From Streptosporangiaceae bacterium (GTDB lineage Bacteria > Actinomycetota > Actinomycetes > Streptosporangiales > Streptosporangiaceae): a stretch of DNA of 64,000 nt. Below are positions 35,231 to 44,888 of this stretch, in pieces (position 1 is the stretch's first letter; every line of letters begins with the position of its first letter). The notes under the pieces are model-generated. The model ran no database searches, was not told the DNA's origin, and saw nothing but the letters and a program-made list of their open reading frames with translations. The stretch spans positions 1,487 through 65,486 of the forward strand of contig DATIXO010000342.1 in assembly GCA_035518495.1 (NCBI GenBank), in the 5' to 3' direction. A program made the translations under genes and the position numbers.

Positions 35231-38200
35231 TCACCCCACGCAGGCGGGGCCGAGCAGCTGCTTCAGGTCGGCGAGCAGGCCCGGTGAGGGCTTGACCCGC
35301 AGCTTGTCATCGAGCTTGACCACGGTCGTCCGGCGGCCGTTGCACAGCCGCAGGTGCACCTCGGCCAGCCCGGGGTAGCTGCGCAGCACCTCGTGCAGAC
35401 GGTCCACCACCGGGCCCACGCACCGCTGCACCGGCAGCGACACCACAAAAGGGCCGCTGTCGCCCGATGACAGGTCCGGCGCGATCACCTCCCGCGCGAC
35501 CAGCTTGGGCGAGTCGTCGCGGCGGTCGAGACGGCCCTTCACGATCACGATCGCGTCGTCGGCCACCAGCGTCGCGCACCCGGCGTAGGTGGCCGGGAAG
35601 AACAGCACCTCGACCGCGCCTTCCAGGTCCTCCAGGGTCGCGGCCGCCCACGGCATGCCCTGCTTGGTCACCTTGCGCTGCACCCCGGAAAGGATCCCGC
35701 CGACGGTGACCAGCTGTCCGTCGCTGCGCTCGCCCTGGGCACCTCGTTCGGCATCCTCGGTGGAGCCGAGCACCTGGGCGACCGAGCAGTCGGTGGCGGC
35801 GGACAGGATGTGCCCCATCCCCAGCAGCGGATGATCGGACACGTACAGCCCCAGCATCTCCCGCTCGAATCCGAGCAGGGTGGGCTTGTCCCACTCCCCG
35901 TCCGGCACCGGGATCTCGAACGAGGCCTCGATCTCGGCGTCCCCGCCGAACAGCGAGTCCTGGCCCATGGCCTCGTTGCGCTTGACGTCGATCACGGTGT
36001 CGATGGCCTGCTCGTGGATGAACGCGAGCCCCTTGCGCGGGTGGCCGAGCGAGTCGAAGGCGCCCGCCTTGATCAGCGACTCGATGACCCGCTTGTTGCA
36101 GACGTTGACCGGGACCTTGCGCAGGAAGTCGCTGAAGCTGGTGAACGCGCCCTTGGCCGACCGGGTGGCCACGATGGCGTCGACCACGTTGGTGCCCACG
36201 TTGCGCACCGCGGCCAGGCCGAACCGGATGTCGCCGCCGACCGGGGTGAAGGTCGCCGCCGACGCGTTCACGTCCGGGGGCAGCACGGTGATGCCCATCC
36301 GCCGGCACTCGTTCAGGTACACGGCCGACTTGTCCTTGTCGCCCGCGACCGAGGTGAGCAGCCCGGCCATGTACTCGGCCGGATAGTTGGCCTTGAGGTA
36401 AGCGGTCCAGTATCCGACCATCGCGTAGCAGGCCGCGTGCGCCCGGTTGAACGCGTAGTCCGAGAAGGGGACCAGGATGTCCCACAGTGTCTTGATCGCC
36501 GAGTCCGAGTACCCATTTCCCCGCATCCCGGCGGCGAACGGCTCGAACTCCTTGTCGAGGATCTCCTTCTTCTTCTTGCCCATGGCCCGCCGGAGCAGGT
36601 CAGCGCTGCCCGGCGAGTAGCCGGCCAGCTTCTGCGCGGCTGCCATGACCTGCTCCTGGTAGACGATCAGGCCGTAGGTATCGCCGAGGATGTCGGCCAG
36701 CGGCTCAGCCAGTTCGGGATGGATGGGCACGACCGGCTTGCGGCCGGTCTTGCGGTCGGCGTACTCGTTGTGTGCGTTCGCGCCCATCGGCCCGGGCCGG
36801 TACAGGGCGTTCACCGCAACGATGTCCTCGAACCGGTCCGCCCGCATGGAGCGCAGCAGCGCCCGCATCGGCCCGCCGTCCAGCTGGAACACCCCGAGCG
36901 TGTCGCCCCGGGCGAGCAGTTCGTAGGTGGGCGTGTCGTCCAGCGAGAGGCTTTCCAGCACGACCGCGGTGCCGCGGTTGGTCTTGATTCCCGCCAGGGC
37001 GTCGTCCAGCACGGTGAGGTTGCGCAGGCCCAGGAAATCCATCTTGAGCAGGCCGAGTTCCTCGCAGGCCGGGTAGTCGAACTGGGTGATGATGGCGCCA
37101 TCGGCTTCGCGCTGCCAGACCGGGATGTGGTCGATGAGTGGCTCGCTGCTCATGATGACCCCGGCCGCGTGCACGCCAGCCTGGCGGATCAGTCCTTCCA
37201 GGCCGCGCGCCGTGTCGAGGACCTGCTTGACCTCGGCCTCGGCCCCGTACATGGCGCGGATCTCACCGGCCTCGCCGTACCGGGGGTGGGCCTCGTCGAA
37301 GATGACCGACAGCGGGATGTCCTTGCCCATCACCGGCGGCGGGAACGCCTTGGTGATCCGGTCGCCGAGCGCGTAGGGGAACCCGAGGACGCGGGCCGAG
37401 TCCTTGACTGCGGCCTTGGCCTTGATGGTGCCGTAGGTGATGATCTGGGCGACCCGGTCGTCGCCGTATTTCTCGGTGACGTACCGGATGACGTCACCGC
37501 GCCGGCGCTCGTCGAAGTCGATGTCGATGTCGGGCATGGACACGCGCTCGGGGTTGAGGAACCGCTCGAACACCAGTCCGTGCAGGATCGGGTCGAGGTC
37601 GGTGATCCCGAGCGCGTAGGACACGAGGCTGCCCGCCGCCGAGCCACGCCCCGGGCCGACCCTGATCCCGTTGTTCTTGGCCCACATGATGAAGTCGGCG
37701 GTCACCAGGAAGTACGAGCAGAACCCCATCGCGGCGATGATGCCCATCTCGTATTCGGCCTGCTGGCGGCGCTGCTCGTCGTAGCCGTCGGGGTAGCGCC
37801 GGTCCATCCCCTGCCAGACCTGCTCGCGGAAGCAGGTCTCCTCGGTCTGGCCGTCGGGCACCGGGAAGCGCGGCATCAGGTTCGCCTTGGCGAAGGTGAC
37901 GTCGGCGCGTTCGGCGATGAGCAGGGTGGAGTCGCAGCCGGCCTGCCATTCCTCGTCGGTGTGCACGGCCCGCATCTCCTGCGGGCTCTTGAGGTAGTAG
38001 CCGGTGCCCTCGAGCCTGAACCGGCCGGGGTCGGCGAGGTTGGTGGCGGTCTGCACGCACAGCAGCACCTCGTGCGCGGTCGCGTCCCCGGGCCGGCTGT
38101 AGTGGGAGTCGTTGGTGACCACGAACGGCAGCGACAGCTCCTTCGCGATCCGGCGCAGGCCGTCCCGGACCCGCTGCTCGATCGGCAGGCCGTGGTCCAT

Positions 38201-38788
38201 GAGCTCGACGAAGAAGCTGCCGGGCCCGAAGATGTCGCGGTAGGTGGCGGCCGCCTCCAGCGCCTGGCGTTCCTGGCCGAGCCGGAGCCGGGTCTGGACC
38301 TCGCCGGACGGGCAGCCGGTGGTGGCGATGATCCCTTCCGCGTGGGCGGCGAGCAGCTCGCGGTCCATCCGGGGCTTGCGGAAGTAGCCCTCCAGCGAGG
38401 CGAGCGAGGAGAGGCGGAACAGGTTGTGCATGCCGCCGGTCGTCTCGGCGAGCAGCGTCATGTGCGTGTAGGCGCCGGCGCCGGAGACGTCGTCGTTCTT
38501 TTGCGCCGGGGTCCCCCAGCGCACGGGCTGCCGGTGCCTGCGGTGCTCGGGCGCCACGTAGGCCTCGATGCCGATGACCGGCTTGATGCCGGCCGCGGTC
38601 GCCTTGGACCAGAAGTCGTAGGCGCCGTAGACGTTGCCGTGGTCGGTCATGGCCACGGCCGTCATGCCGGTCTGCTCGCACTGGTCGAACAGGTCCTTGA
38701 GCCGGGCGGCGCCGTCCAGCATGGAGTACTCGGTGTGCACGTGGAGATGCACGAACGAGCGGTCTCCCGCCGATCCCGCCGCCGTCAT
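35231..38788 (-). CDS. dnaE: DNA polymerase III alpha subunit (DnaE1)
   Basis: [17 protein letters not shown] (PHP domain) and 1185 aa of continuous homology-like sequence with no intein-sized insert. The start was trimmed to ATG 38788, which is preceded by AAGGAGG. Confidence 0.96.
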   Translation of the reverse strand: MTAAGSAGDRSFVHLHVHTEYSMLDGAARLKDLFDQCEQTGMTAVAMTDHGNVYGAYDFWSKATAAGIKPVIGIEAYVAPEHRRHRQPVRWGTPAQKNDDVSGAGAYTHMTLLAETTGGMHNLFRLSSLASLEGYFRKPRMDRELLAAHAEGIIATTGCPSGEVQTRLRLGQERQALEAAATYRDIFGPGSFFVELMDHGLPIEQRVRDGLRRIAKELSLPFVVTNDSHYSRPGDATAHEVLLCVQTATNLADPGRFRLEGTGYYLKSPQEMRAVHTDEEWQAGCDSTLLIAERADVTFAKANLMPRFPVPDGQTEETCFREQVWQGMDRRYPDGYDEQRRQQAEYEMGIIAAMGFCSYFLVTADFIMWAKNNGIRVGPGRGSAAGSLVSYALGITDLDPILHGLVFERFLNPERVSMPDIDIDFDERRRGDVIRYVTEKYGDDRVAQIITYGTIKAKAAVKDSARVLGFPYALGDRITKAFPPPVMGKDIPLSVIFDEAHPRYGEAGEIRAMYGAEAEVKQVLDTARGLEGLIRQAGVHAAGVIMSSEPLIDHIPVWQREADGAIITQFDYPACEELGLLKMDFLGLRNLTVLDDALAGIKTNRGTAVVLESLSLDDTPTYELLARGDTLGVFQLDGGPMRALLRSMRADRFEDIVAVNALYRPGPMGANAHNEYADRKTGRKPVVPIHPELAEPLADILGDTYGLIVYQEQVMAAAQKLAGYSPGSADLLRRAMGKKKKEILDKEFEPFAAGMRGNGYSDSAIKTLWDILVPFSDYAFNRAHAACYAMVGYWTAYLKANYPAEYMAGLLTSVAGDKDKSAVYLNECRRMGITVLPPDVNASAATFTPVGGDIRFGLAAVRNVGTNVVDAIVATRSAKGAFTSFSDFLRKVPVNVCNKRVIESLIKAGAFDSLGHPRKGLAFIHEQAIDTVIDVKRNEAMGQDSLFGGDAEIEASFEIPVPDGEWDKPTLLGFEREMLGLYVSDHPLLGMGHILSAATDCSVAQVLGSTEDAERGAQGERSDGQLVTVGGILSGVQRKVTKQGMPWAAATLEDLEGAVEVLFFPATYAGCATLVADDAIVIVKGRLDRRDDSPKLVAREVIAPDLSSGDSGPFVVSLPVQRCVGPVVDRLHEVLRSYPGLAEVHLRLCNGRRTTVVKLDDKLRVKPSPGLLADLKQLLGPACVG

Positions 38789-39052
38789 GGGCAACCTCCT
38801 TCGGGGCAGGCGCCAGCCGGGCGCGGGTCTACCGGAGCCGGGGGAAGTGGCTGGCGCCACCCCCCGGCGGGGCTCGTTTCCGTGCCGGAACCCCGCCAGA
38901 TGGCGTGCGTGCCAGCCCGGCTCACCGAGCCTAACCGACCGCAGGGCGCCGCGGTGAACCGGCGCGCCGGGCGCTGGCAAGCCAGGTCACCCGGCGCGGC
39001 ACGGCTGGGCCGGGTGCCCTCCGCCGGCGGCCGGGGGAGCCGGGCCGGCCGC

Positions 39053-39988
39053 TCAGCTTTCGGCCTGCAGGACGTCCAGCGCGTGGCGGAGATCGGGAGC
39101 GTAGTCGCTGGTGAAGACGAGGGGCCGGCCGTCCGCTGGGTGAGCGAACCCCAGCCGGACCGCGTGCAGCCATTGCCGGGTCAGGCCCAGCCGCGCGGCG
39201 AGCACCGGGTCGGCGCCGTACAGGCGGTCACCCACGCACGGGTGGCGCAGCGCGGCCATGTGCACCCGGATCTGGTGGGTGCGGCCGGTCTCCAGGGTGA
39301 TGTCGACCAGGCTGGCGCCGCGGAAGGCCTCGATCGTGTCGTAGTGGGTGACGCTGGGCCGGCCCCCGGTGATCACCGCGAACCTGCCGTCACCGGAGGG
39401 GTGCCGGGCTATCGGCGCGTCCACGGTGCCACGCAGCGGGTCGGGATGGCCCTGCACCAGGGCGTGATAGCCCTTGTCCACGGCCCGCTCGCGGAACGCC
39501 CGTTTCAGCGCGGAGTAGGCCCGCTCGCTCTTGGCGAGCACCATCAGCCCTGTCGTGTTGGCGTCCAGCCGGTGGACGATGCCCTGCCGCTCGGCGGCAC
39601 CGCTGGTCGCGATGGTGTGCCCGGCGGCGAGCAGCCCTTCCAGCACGGTCGGCCCGCTCCAGCCCGGCGTCGGATGAGCAGCCACCCCGGCCGGCTTGTC
39701 CACCACGATGATGTCGGCGTCCTCGTAGACGACGGCCAGGCCCGGCACGGCCTGCGGCACCGGCGCGCGGGCGGCGGGCGGTGCCGGCAGGGTGACATCG
39801 AGCCACTCGCCGGCCGGCACCCGGTCCGACTTGGCGGCGGGCCGCCCGGCCACGAGCACCTGCCCGCCGGAGATCAGGTCCGCCGCCACCGAACGGGAGA
39901 GCCCGAACATGCGTGCGAGCGCGGCGTCGAGGCGCTCGCCGTCCAGCCCTTCCGGGACGGCTACCCGGCGCTGGTCCCCCGCGGTCAC
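39053..39988 (-). CDS. rluD: RluA/RluD-family 23S rRNA pseudouridine synthase
   Basis: An S4-like N-terminus ([22 protein letters not shown]) and the catalytic motif [24 protein letters not shown] overlap links it to the lspA stop. Confidence 0.88.
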   Translation of the reverse strand: MTAGDQRRVAVPEGLDGERLDAALARMFGLSRSVAADLISGGQVLVAGRPAAKSDRVPAGEWLDVTLPAPPAARAPVPQAVPGLAVVYEDADIIVVDKPAGVAAHPTPGWSGPTVLEGLLAAGHTIATSGAAERQGIVHRLDANTTGLMVLAKSERAYSALKRAFRERAVDKGYHALVQGHPDPLRGTVDAPIARHPSGDGRFAVITGGRPSVTHYDTIEAFRGASLVDITLETGRTHQIRVHMAALRHPCVGDRLYGADPVLAARLGLTRQWLHAVRLGFAHPADGRPLVFTSDYAPDLRHALDVLQAES

Positions 39989-40713
39989 GTCCTGCTGTCC
40001 CCCGCCGCGCTCCCCCGCTCCTGAGCGGGGCCCGGCTGGCCCGGCTGGCTGGGCTGGGTCGGCTGGGTGGGTGGGCCGGGCTGGTGCGCGGCCGCCTGCC
40101 GGGACGGGGGGGCACCCGGCTGCCCGCGGTCCTGCGGCCCGGGGCCGGGGCCGGCGGGGCCGCGGTGCGCGGCGTATCCGTCGCGGGTCCCGTCCAGCCG
40201 GATGCCGCGCGCGGCGAGCAGCACGGCGAGCAGGCCGCCGCAGACGATCGCGGAGTCGGCCACGTTGAACACCGGCCAGTGCGGCAGCTGGATCCAGTCC
40301 ACGACATCACCGCGGAACAGGCCGGGCGAGCGCAGCAGCCGGTCGGTCAGGTTCCCGGTGGCCCCGCCGAGCAGCAGGCCCAGGGTGACCGCCCACGGCA
40401 GGCTGCGCAGCTGACGGGACGTGCGCAGGATGAAGAAGATCACCCCCACCGCGATGAGGGTGAACACCACGGTCATCGACGTGCCGATGCTGAACGCCGC
40501 GCCGCTGTTGCGCACCAGCTGCAGGGTCAGCAGCCCGTCCACGACGTGCACCAGCCGCCGTGGCGGCAGCGTGGCCACCACGACGACCTTGGAGATCACG
40601 TCGGCGGCATAGACCCCCGCCGCGACGGCGAGCAGGACACCGAGCCGGCGCCGCCCGGGCGGATCGCTGGTCTCCCGCTGGCCGCTCAGCGCCGCTCCTC
40701 GCGTTGCTTGCAC
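39985..40713 (-). CDS. lspA: Lipoprotein signal peptidase (signal peptidase II) with a Pro/Gln-rich C-terminal tail
   Basis: [34 protein letters not shown]. The start is uncertain: GTG at 40713 or 40722, or a CTG at 40689 after GAGGAG. It overlaps the end of the upstream traR-like gene. Confidence 0.85.
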   Translation of the reverse strand: MQATRGAALSGQRETSDPPGRRRLGVLLAVAAGVYAADVISKVVVVATLPPRRLVHVVDGLLTLQLVRNSGAAFSIGTSMTVVFTLIAVGVIFFILRTSRQLRSLPWAVTLGLLLGGATGNLTDRLLRSPGLFRGDVVDWIQLPHWPVFNVADSAIVCGGLLAVLLAARGIRLDGTRDGYAAHRGPAGPGPGPQDRGQPGAPPSRQAAAHQPGPPTQPTQPSQPGQPGPAQERGSAAGDSRT

Positions 40714-41105
40714 GCGACACACAGGGTCGCCCGGGGGAACGCCTTCAGGCGGGCCTTGCCGATCGGCTGCCCGCATGACGCGCAGACCCCGTAGCTGCCG
40801 TCATCGATCCTGGCCAGGGCGGCGCGGCTGAGGTCGAGCAGATCCCGGGCGTTCTGGGTGAGGGAGAGGTCGTATTCACGCTGGAATGTCTTGGCACCCG
40901 CGTCTGCCTGATCGTCGCCAGCGCCGCCGACCGAGTCACTGAGCCGCTCCGCGATCTCCAGTTCGGCCTGGTCGATATTGGTGCGCAGCTCCACGATCTC
41001 CGCCTCGAGCTCCCCGCGCACCTTGTCCAGCTCCGCCTCGGTCCAGGGCTTCTCACCTGGGCGGACGGCGAGAGCGGCGACGCCAGAACGCTTGGCCGCG
41101 GCCAT
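40686..41105 (-). CDS. TraR/DksA-family C4 zinc-finger protein
   Basis: A coiled-coil N-terminus is followed by [30 protein letters not shown]. Confidence 0.85.
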   Translation of the reverse strand: MAAAKRSGVAALAVRPGEKPWTEAELDKVRGELEAEIVELRTNIDQAELEIAERLSDSVGGAGDDQADAGAKTFQREYDLSLTQNARDLLDLSRAALARIDDGSYGVCASCGQPIGKARLKAFPRATLCVACKQREERR

Positions 41106-41351
41106 GTCCAGCCTCCCTCCGCGCCATCACGGGCCGCCCGCGTGACGTGCCGGGTCAATCGATCTTGAGTGCGGGCGGTCACCGGAGAATAGTTCGCCGC
41201 GGCACGGCTCCGCAAACGCATGTGGCCGCCCGGGACGGCACGCCCGGCGGCCGCAAATGCGTTCGGCTCCCGGGCCGGTGATCGGATATCGTGGGAGGCC
41301 TGCAAGGCGTTGATGGGGACAGCTGCCGCTGATCGCGGCCCTCAGCGACCC

Positions 41352-41621
41352 GGGGATGGTGCGAGCCCGGGGGGCCTGCCCGGCGGACCAGATCACCCCT
41401 GAGCCGCCGGAAGAACAGCTGCCGCGCTGCCCAGCCGTGGCGTGCGGCACCCAGTAGAACCGGCCGCAGGACCGAAGTGGAGTGGGCCGCGATCCGCGCA
41501 GGCGGGCACGGCCAAGGAGGGTGGTACCGCGGAGCCGTCGCCGGCGGCCTTCGTCCCTCCAGCGACGCGTTCGGGCGGCCACCGGCAGGCCGCCCGGCGA
41601 TCCGCAGGAGGCCACCCGACC
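41352..41621 (+). promoter_or_regulatory. T-box riboswitch leader (Ile specifier AUC), probably the translational type, controlling ileS
   Basis: The conserved T-box sequence aaggagGGTGGTACCGCGg is at 41514-41532. A Stem-I-like start GGGGAUGGUGCGAG is at 41352. A candidate specifier ...GACCAG-AUC-A... is at 41392-41395. The SD AGGAGG at 41606-41611 lies just after GC-rich helices that could sequester it. ileS T-boxes are known in Actinobacteria. Confidence 0.75.
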
Positions 41622-44600
41622 ATGCCGCAGCCTGACGACACCCGCCATTTCCCGGCCCTGCCCGCGGCGATCGACCTGCCCGCCATGGAGCACGAGATGC
41701 TCAGGCGGTGGCAGGACGGCAAGGTGTTCGAGCGCTCCCTGGAGCGGACAGCGGCCGGCCCGCCGTGGATCTTCTACGAGGGGCCGCCGACCGCCAACGG
41801 CATGCCGGGTGTGCACCACATCGAGGCCCGCGTCTTCAAGGACCTCTTCCCCCGGTTCAAGACCATGCGGGGATTCCACGTGCCGCGCCAGGGCGGCTGG
41901 GACTGCCACGGCCTGCCGGTCGAGGTGGCGGTGGAAAAGGAACTGGGGCTGTCGGGCAAGAAGGACATCGAGGCCTACGGGGTCGCCGCCTTCAACGAGC
42001 GCTGCCGGGAATCGGTGCTCCGCCACGTGGACGCGTTCGAGGAGCTCACCGACCGGCTCGGTTACTGGGTGGACCTGGGGGGCGCCTACCGGACCATGAA
42101 CCCGGACTACATCGAGTCCGTCTGGTGGTCGCTGAAGGTCATCTATGAGAAGGGACTGCTGGTCCGGGACTACCGGATCAGCCCGTACTGCCCGCGCTGC
42201 GAGACCCCGCTCTCCGACCACGAGATGGGGCAGCCCGACGTCTACGAGACGGTCACCGACCCCTCGGTCACGGTCCGGTTCCCGCTGACCGGCCTGCCGG
42301 CCGGGGCGAACCCGGCGCTGGATGGCGCGGATCTGCTGGTGTGGACCACGACACCGTGGACGCTGGTGTCCAACACCGCGGTGGCCGTCCACCCGGACGA
42401 GACCTATGTGGCTGCCCGCAAGGCGGGTGACCACGAGACGGTGGTGGTGGCAGAGCAGCTGATGGCGCGCGTGCTCGGCGAGGGATGGCACGTCGTCGCC
42501 AGGGTGACCGGCGCGGAGCTCGCCGGGGCCCACTACCGGCCCCCGTTCAGCCTGATCGAGATACCGGGCGCTCATGTGGTGGTGACCGGGACGTTCGTGA
42601 CCACCGAGGACGGCACGGGCCTGGTGCACATGGCACCCGCGTTCGGGGCCGACGACATGGAGGCGAGCCGGGCCCACGGCCTGCCGGTGGTGAACCCGGT
42701 CGGGCCCGACGGCAGGTTCGACACGTCGGTGCCGATGGTCGGTGGCGTGTTCTTCAAGGACGCCGATGAGCGGCTCACCCACGACCTGGCCGAGCGCGGG
42801 CTGCTCTTCCGGTCCGAGCTGGAGGACCACAGCTACCCGCACTGCTGGCGCTGCCACACGCCGCTGCTCTACTACGCGCTTCCGTCCTGGTACATCCGCA
42901 CCACCGTGATCAAGGACCAGCTGCTCGCGCAGAACGAGCAGACGAACTGGCAGCCGCCGAACATCAAGCACGGGCGGTACGGCGAATGGCTGCGGAACAA
43001 CGTGGACTGGGCGCTGTCGCGGACCAGGTACTGGGGCACCCCGCTGCCGCTGTGGGAATGCCAGCAGGGGCACCTGACCTGTGTGGGCTCGCTGGCCGAG
43101 CTGAGCGAGCTGGCGGGAACGGACCTGACCGGGCTCGACCCGCACCGGCCGTTCGTCGACGAGGTGGCGATCGCCTGCCGTGAGTGCGGCGAGCCCGCCC
43201 GCCGGGTGCCGGAGGTCATCGACGTCTGGTACGACTCGGGCTCGATGCCGTTCGCCCAGCACGGCGCCCCTCACCGTAACAACGCGGAGTTCGAGCGCAC
43301 CTACCCCGCGCAGTTCATCTGCGAGGCGATCGACCAGACCCGTGGCTGGTTCTACTCGCTGATGGCAGTGGGCACGCTGGTCTTCGGCCGCTCCGCATAC
43401 GAGAACGTCGTCTGCCTCGGCCTGGTGGTGGACGAGCGCGGGCGCAAGATGAGCAAGCACCTGGGCAACGTGCTGGAACCCATGCCGCTGATGGAGGATG
43501 CCGGCGCGGACGCGGTCCGCTGGTTCTTCGCTGCCGCCGGATCGCCGTGGGCCACCCGCAAGATCGGGCATGGGGCGCTCGACGAGATCGTGCGCAAGGT
43601 GCTGCTGACGTACTGGAACACCGTTTCGTTCCTGGTGCTCTACGCCAACGCGGCGGCCGCCAACGGGCGGGCATGGGTGCCCGCCATGGCAGCCGAGGCG
43701 CCCCCGCCGCCCGAGCGCCCGCTGCTCGACCGCTGGGTACTGGGCGAGCTGCACGCGGTGACCGCCGATGTCACCGCGGCGCTGGAGGGCTTCGACACCG
43801 CCGCCGCCGGGCGCCGGCTCGCGGCGTTCATCGATGACCTTTCGAACTGGTACGTGCGCCGGTCACGGCGCCGGTTCTGGGATGGGCCACGGACACCGGA
43901 CGGCGCGGCAGCCTTCGCCACCTTGTACGAGTGCATCGAGACGCTGACCCGGCTGATGGCGCCGATCGTGCCGTTCATCACCGACTATGTCTGGGGCGCG
44001 CTGCGGCCCGCTGACGCCCCGGACTCTGTCCACCTGACCAGCTGGCCGGCCGCCAGCCAGGACCTGATCGACGAGCGGCTGTCCCGGCAGATGGACCTGG
44101 TCAGGCGGCTGGTCGAGCTGGGCCGGTCGGCCCGGGCGGCGGCCTCGGTCCAGATCCGCCAGCCGCTGGCCCGCGCGCTGGCCGGGGCGCCGGGGTTCGC
44201 CGGCCTGGCGCCGGAACTGCGGGACCTGATCGCGGCCGAGCTCAACGTGCGCTCGCTGGAGCCGCTGAGCAGCGTTGACGAAGACCTGGTGCACCATGTC
44301 GTGAAGCCGAATTTCCGGTCGCTGGGCCGCAGGTTCGGCAAGGGCACGCAGGCTGTCGCGGCGGCGATCACCGCGGCCGATGCGGCCGGCCTCGCCGCTG
44401 CCCTGGGCGCGGCGGGCGAGACGTCGGTCGAGGTGGACGGGGAGCAGGTACCGATCGGCGCCGATGACGTGATCATCACCCAGACCCCGCGGGCTGGCTG
44501 GGCGGTGGCCGCCGACGCTGGCGAGACCGTCGCGCTGGAGACCCACATCACCGGCGAGCTGCGCCGGGAAGGACTGGCCCGCGAGGTGATCCGCCTGATC

Positions 44601-44831
44601 CAGGACGCGCGTAAAGCCGACGGGCTGGACGTGAGCGACCGGATATCGCTGTGGTGGCAGGCGGCGAGCCCGGAACTGGCCGCGGCGCTGACCCAGCACG
44701 GGCAGCTCATCGCCGGCGAGGTGCTGGCCGGTGAGTTCCGCGACGGGACGCCCGGTGCAGGCGCGGGCCAGGCGCCGGCCGAGCACACCGACACCGATCT
44801 GGGGCTGACGTTCTGGCTGCGGCGGGCCTGA
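41622..44831 (+). CDS. ileS: Isoleucine--tRNA ligase
   Basis: WIFYEGPPTANGMPGVHH (HIGH region), KMSKHLGN, and a CP1 editing domain. The start was trimmed to ATG 41622, with AGGAGG ~10 nt upstream. Confidence 0.96.
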   Translation: MPQPDDTRHFPALPAAIDLPAMEHEMLRRWQDGKVFERSLERTAAGPPWIFYEGPPTANGMPGVHHIEARVFKDLFPRFKTMRGFHVPRQGGWDCHGLPVEVAVEKELGLSGKKDIEAYGVAAFNERCRESVLRHVDAFEELTDRLGYWVDLGGAYRTMNPDYIESVWWSLKVIYEKGLLVRDYRISPYCPRCETPLSDHEMGQPDVYETVTDPSVTVRFPLTGLPAGANPALDGADLLVWTTTPWTLVSNTAVAVHPDETYVAARKAGDHETVVVAEQLMARVLGEGWHVVARVTGAELAGAHYRPPFSLIEIPGAHVVVTGTFVTTEDGTGLVHMAPAFGADDMEASRAHGLPVVNPVGPDGRFDTSVPMVGGVFFKDADERLTHDLAERGLLFRSELEDHSYPHCWRCHTPLLYYALPSWYIRTTVIKDQLLAQNEQTNWQPPNIKHGRYGEWLRNNVDWALSRTRYWGTPLPLWECQQGHLTCVGSLAELSELAGTDLTGLDPHRPFVDEVAIACRECGEPARRVPEVIDVWYDSGSMPFAQHGAPHRNNAEFERTYPAQFICEAIDQTRGWFYSLMAVGTLVFGRSAYENVVCLGLVVDERGRKMSKHLGNVLEPMPLMEDAGADAVRWFFAAAGSPWATRKIGHGALDEIVRKVLLTYWNTVSFLVLYANAAAANGRAWVPAMAAEAPPPPERPLLDRWVLGELHAVTADVTAALEGFDTAAAGRRLAAFIDDLSNWYVRRSRRRFWDGPRTPDGAAAFATLYECIETLTRLMAPIVPFITDYVWGALRPADAPDSVHLTSWPAASQDLIDERLSRQMDLVRRLVELGRSARAAASVQIRQPLARALAGAPGFAGLAPELRDLIAAELNVRSLEPLSSVDEDLVHHVVKPNFRSLGRRFGKGTQAVAAAITAADAAGLAAALGAAGETSVEVDGEQVPIGADDVIITQTPRAGWAVAADAGETVALETHITGELRREGLAREVIRLIQDARKADGLDVSDRISLWWQAASPELAAALTQHGQLIAGEVLAGEFRDGTPGAGAGQAPAEHTDTDLGLTFWLRRA

Positions 44832-44888
44832 CGTTCAGGCGGCCAGGCCGCCGGCCGGGCTGAGCCGCTCGCGCCTGCCTGGCGTGCC

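Noticed and set aside
35231-38788. Checked dnaE, and also polA and gltB, for intein insertions, given the LAGLIDADG gene nearby.
   Set aside because: The DnaE length (1185 aa) and its continuous conserved sequence leave no room for an intein. No Cys/Ser...HN splice junction blocks were seen.
35231-38980. Longer ORF-track N-termini for dnaE. The same applies to hisC 31472, hisF 27998, hisA 28794, ileS 41442, trpC 17072, sepF 49607, yggS 50464, pdtaR 5509, galM 3816 and the ABC ATPases.
   Set aside because: The upstream extensions are Arg/Pro/Gly-rich and have no homology to protein N-termini. Internal starts have SD sequences or stop/start overlaps and match conserved N-termini, so the genes were trimmed.
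38789-39052. 264-bp gap between rluD and dnaE, examined for a riboswitch, a small ORF or a promoter element.
   Set aside because: Only generic GC-rich sequence was found. The strong AAGGAGG belongs to dnaE, and nothing else is distinctive.
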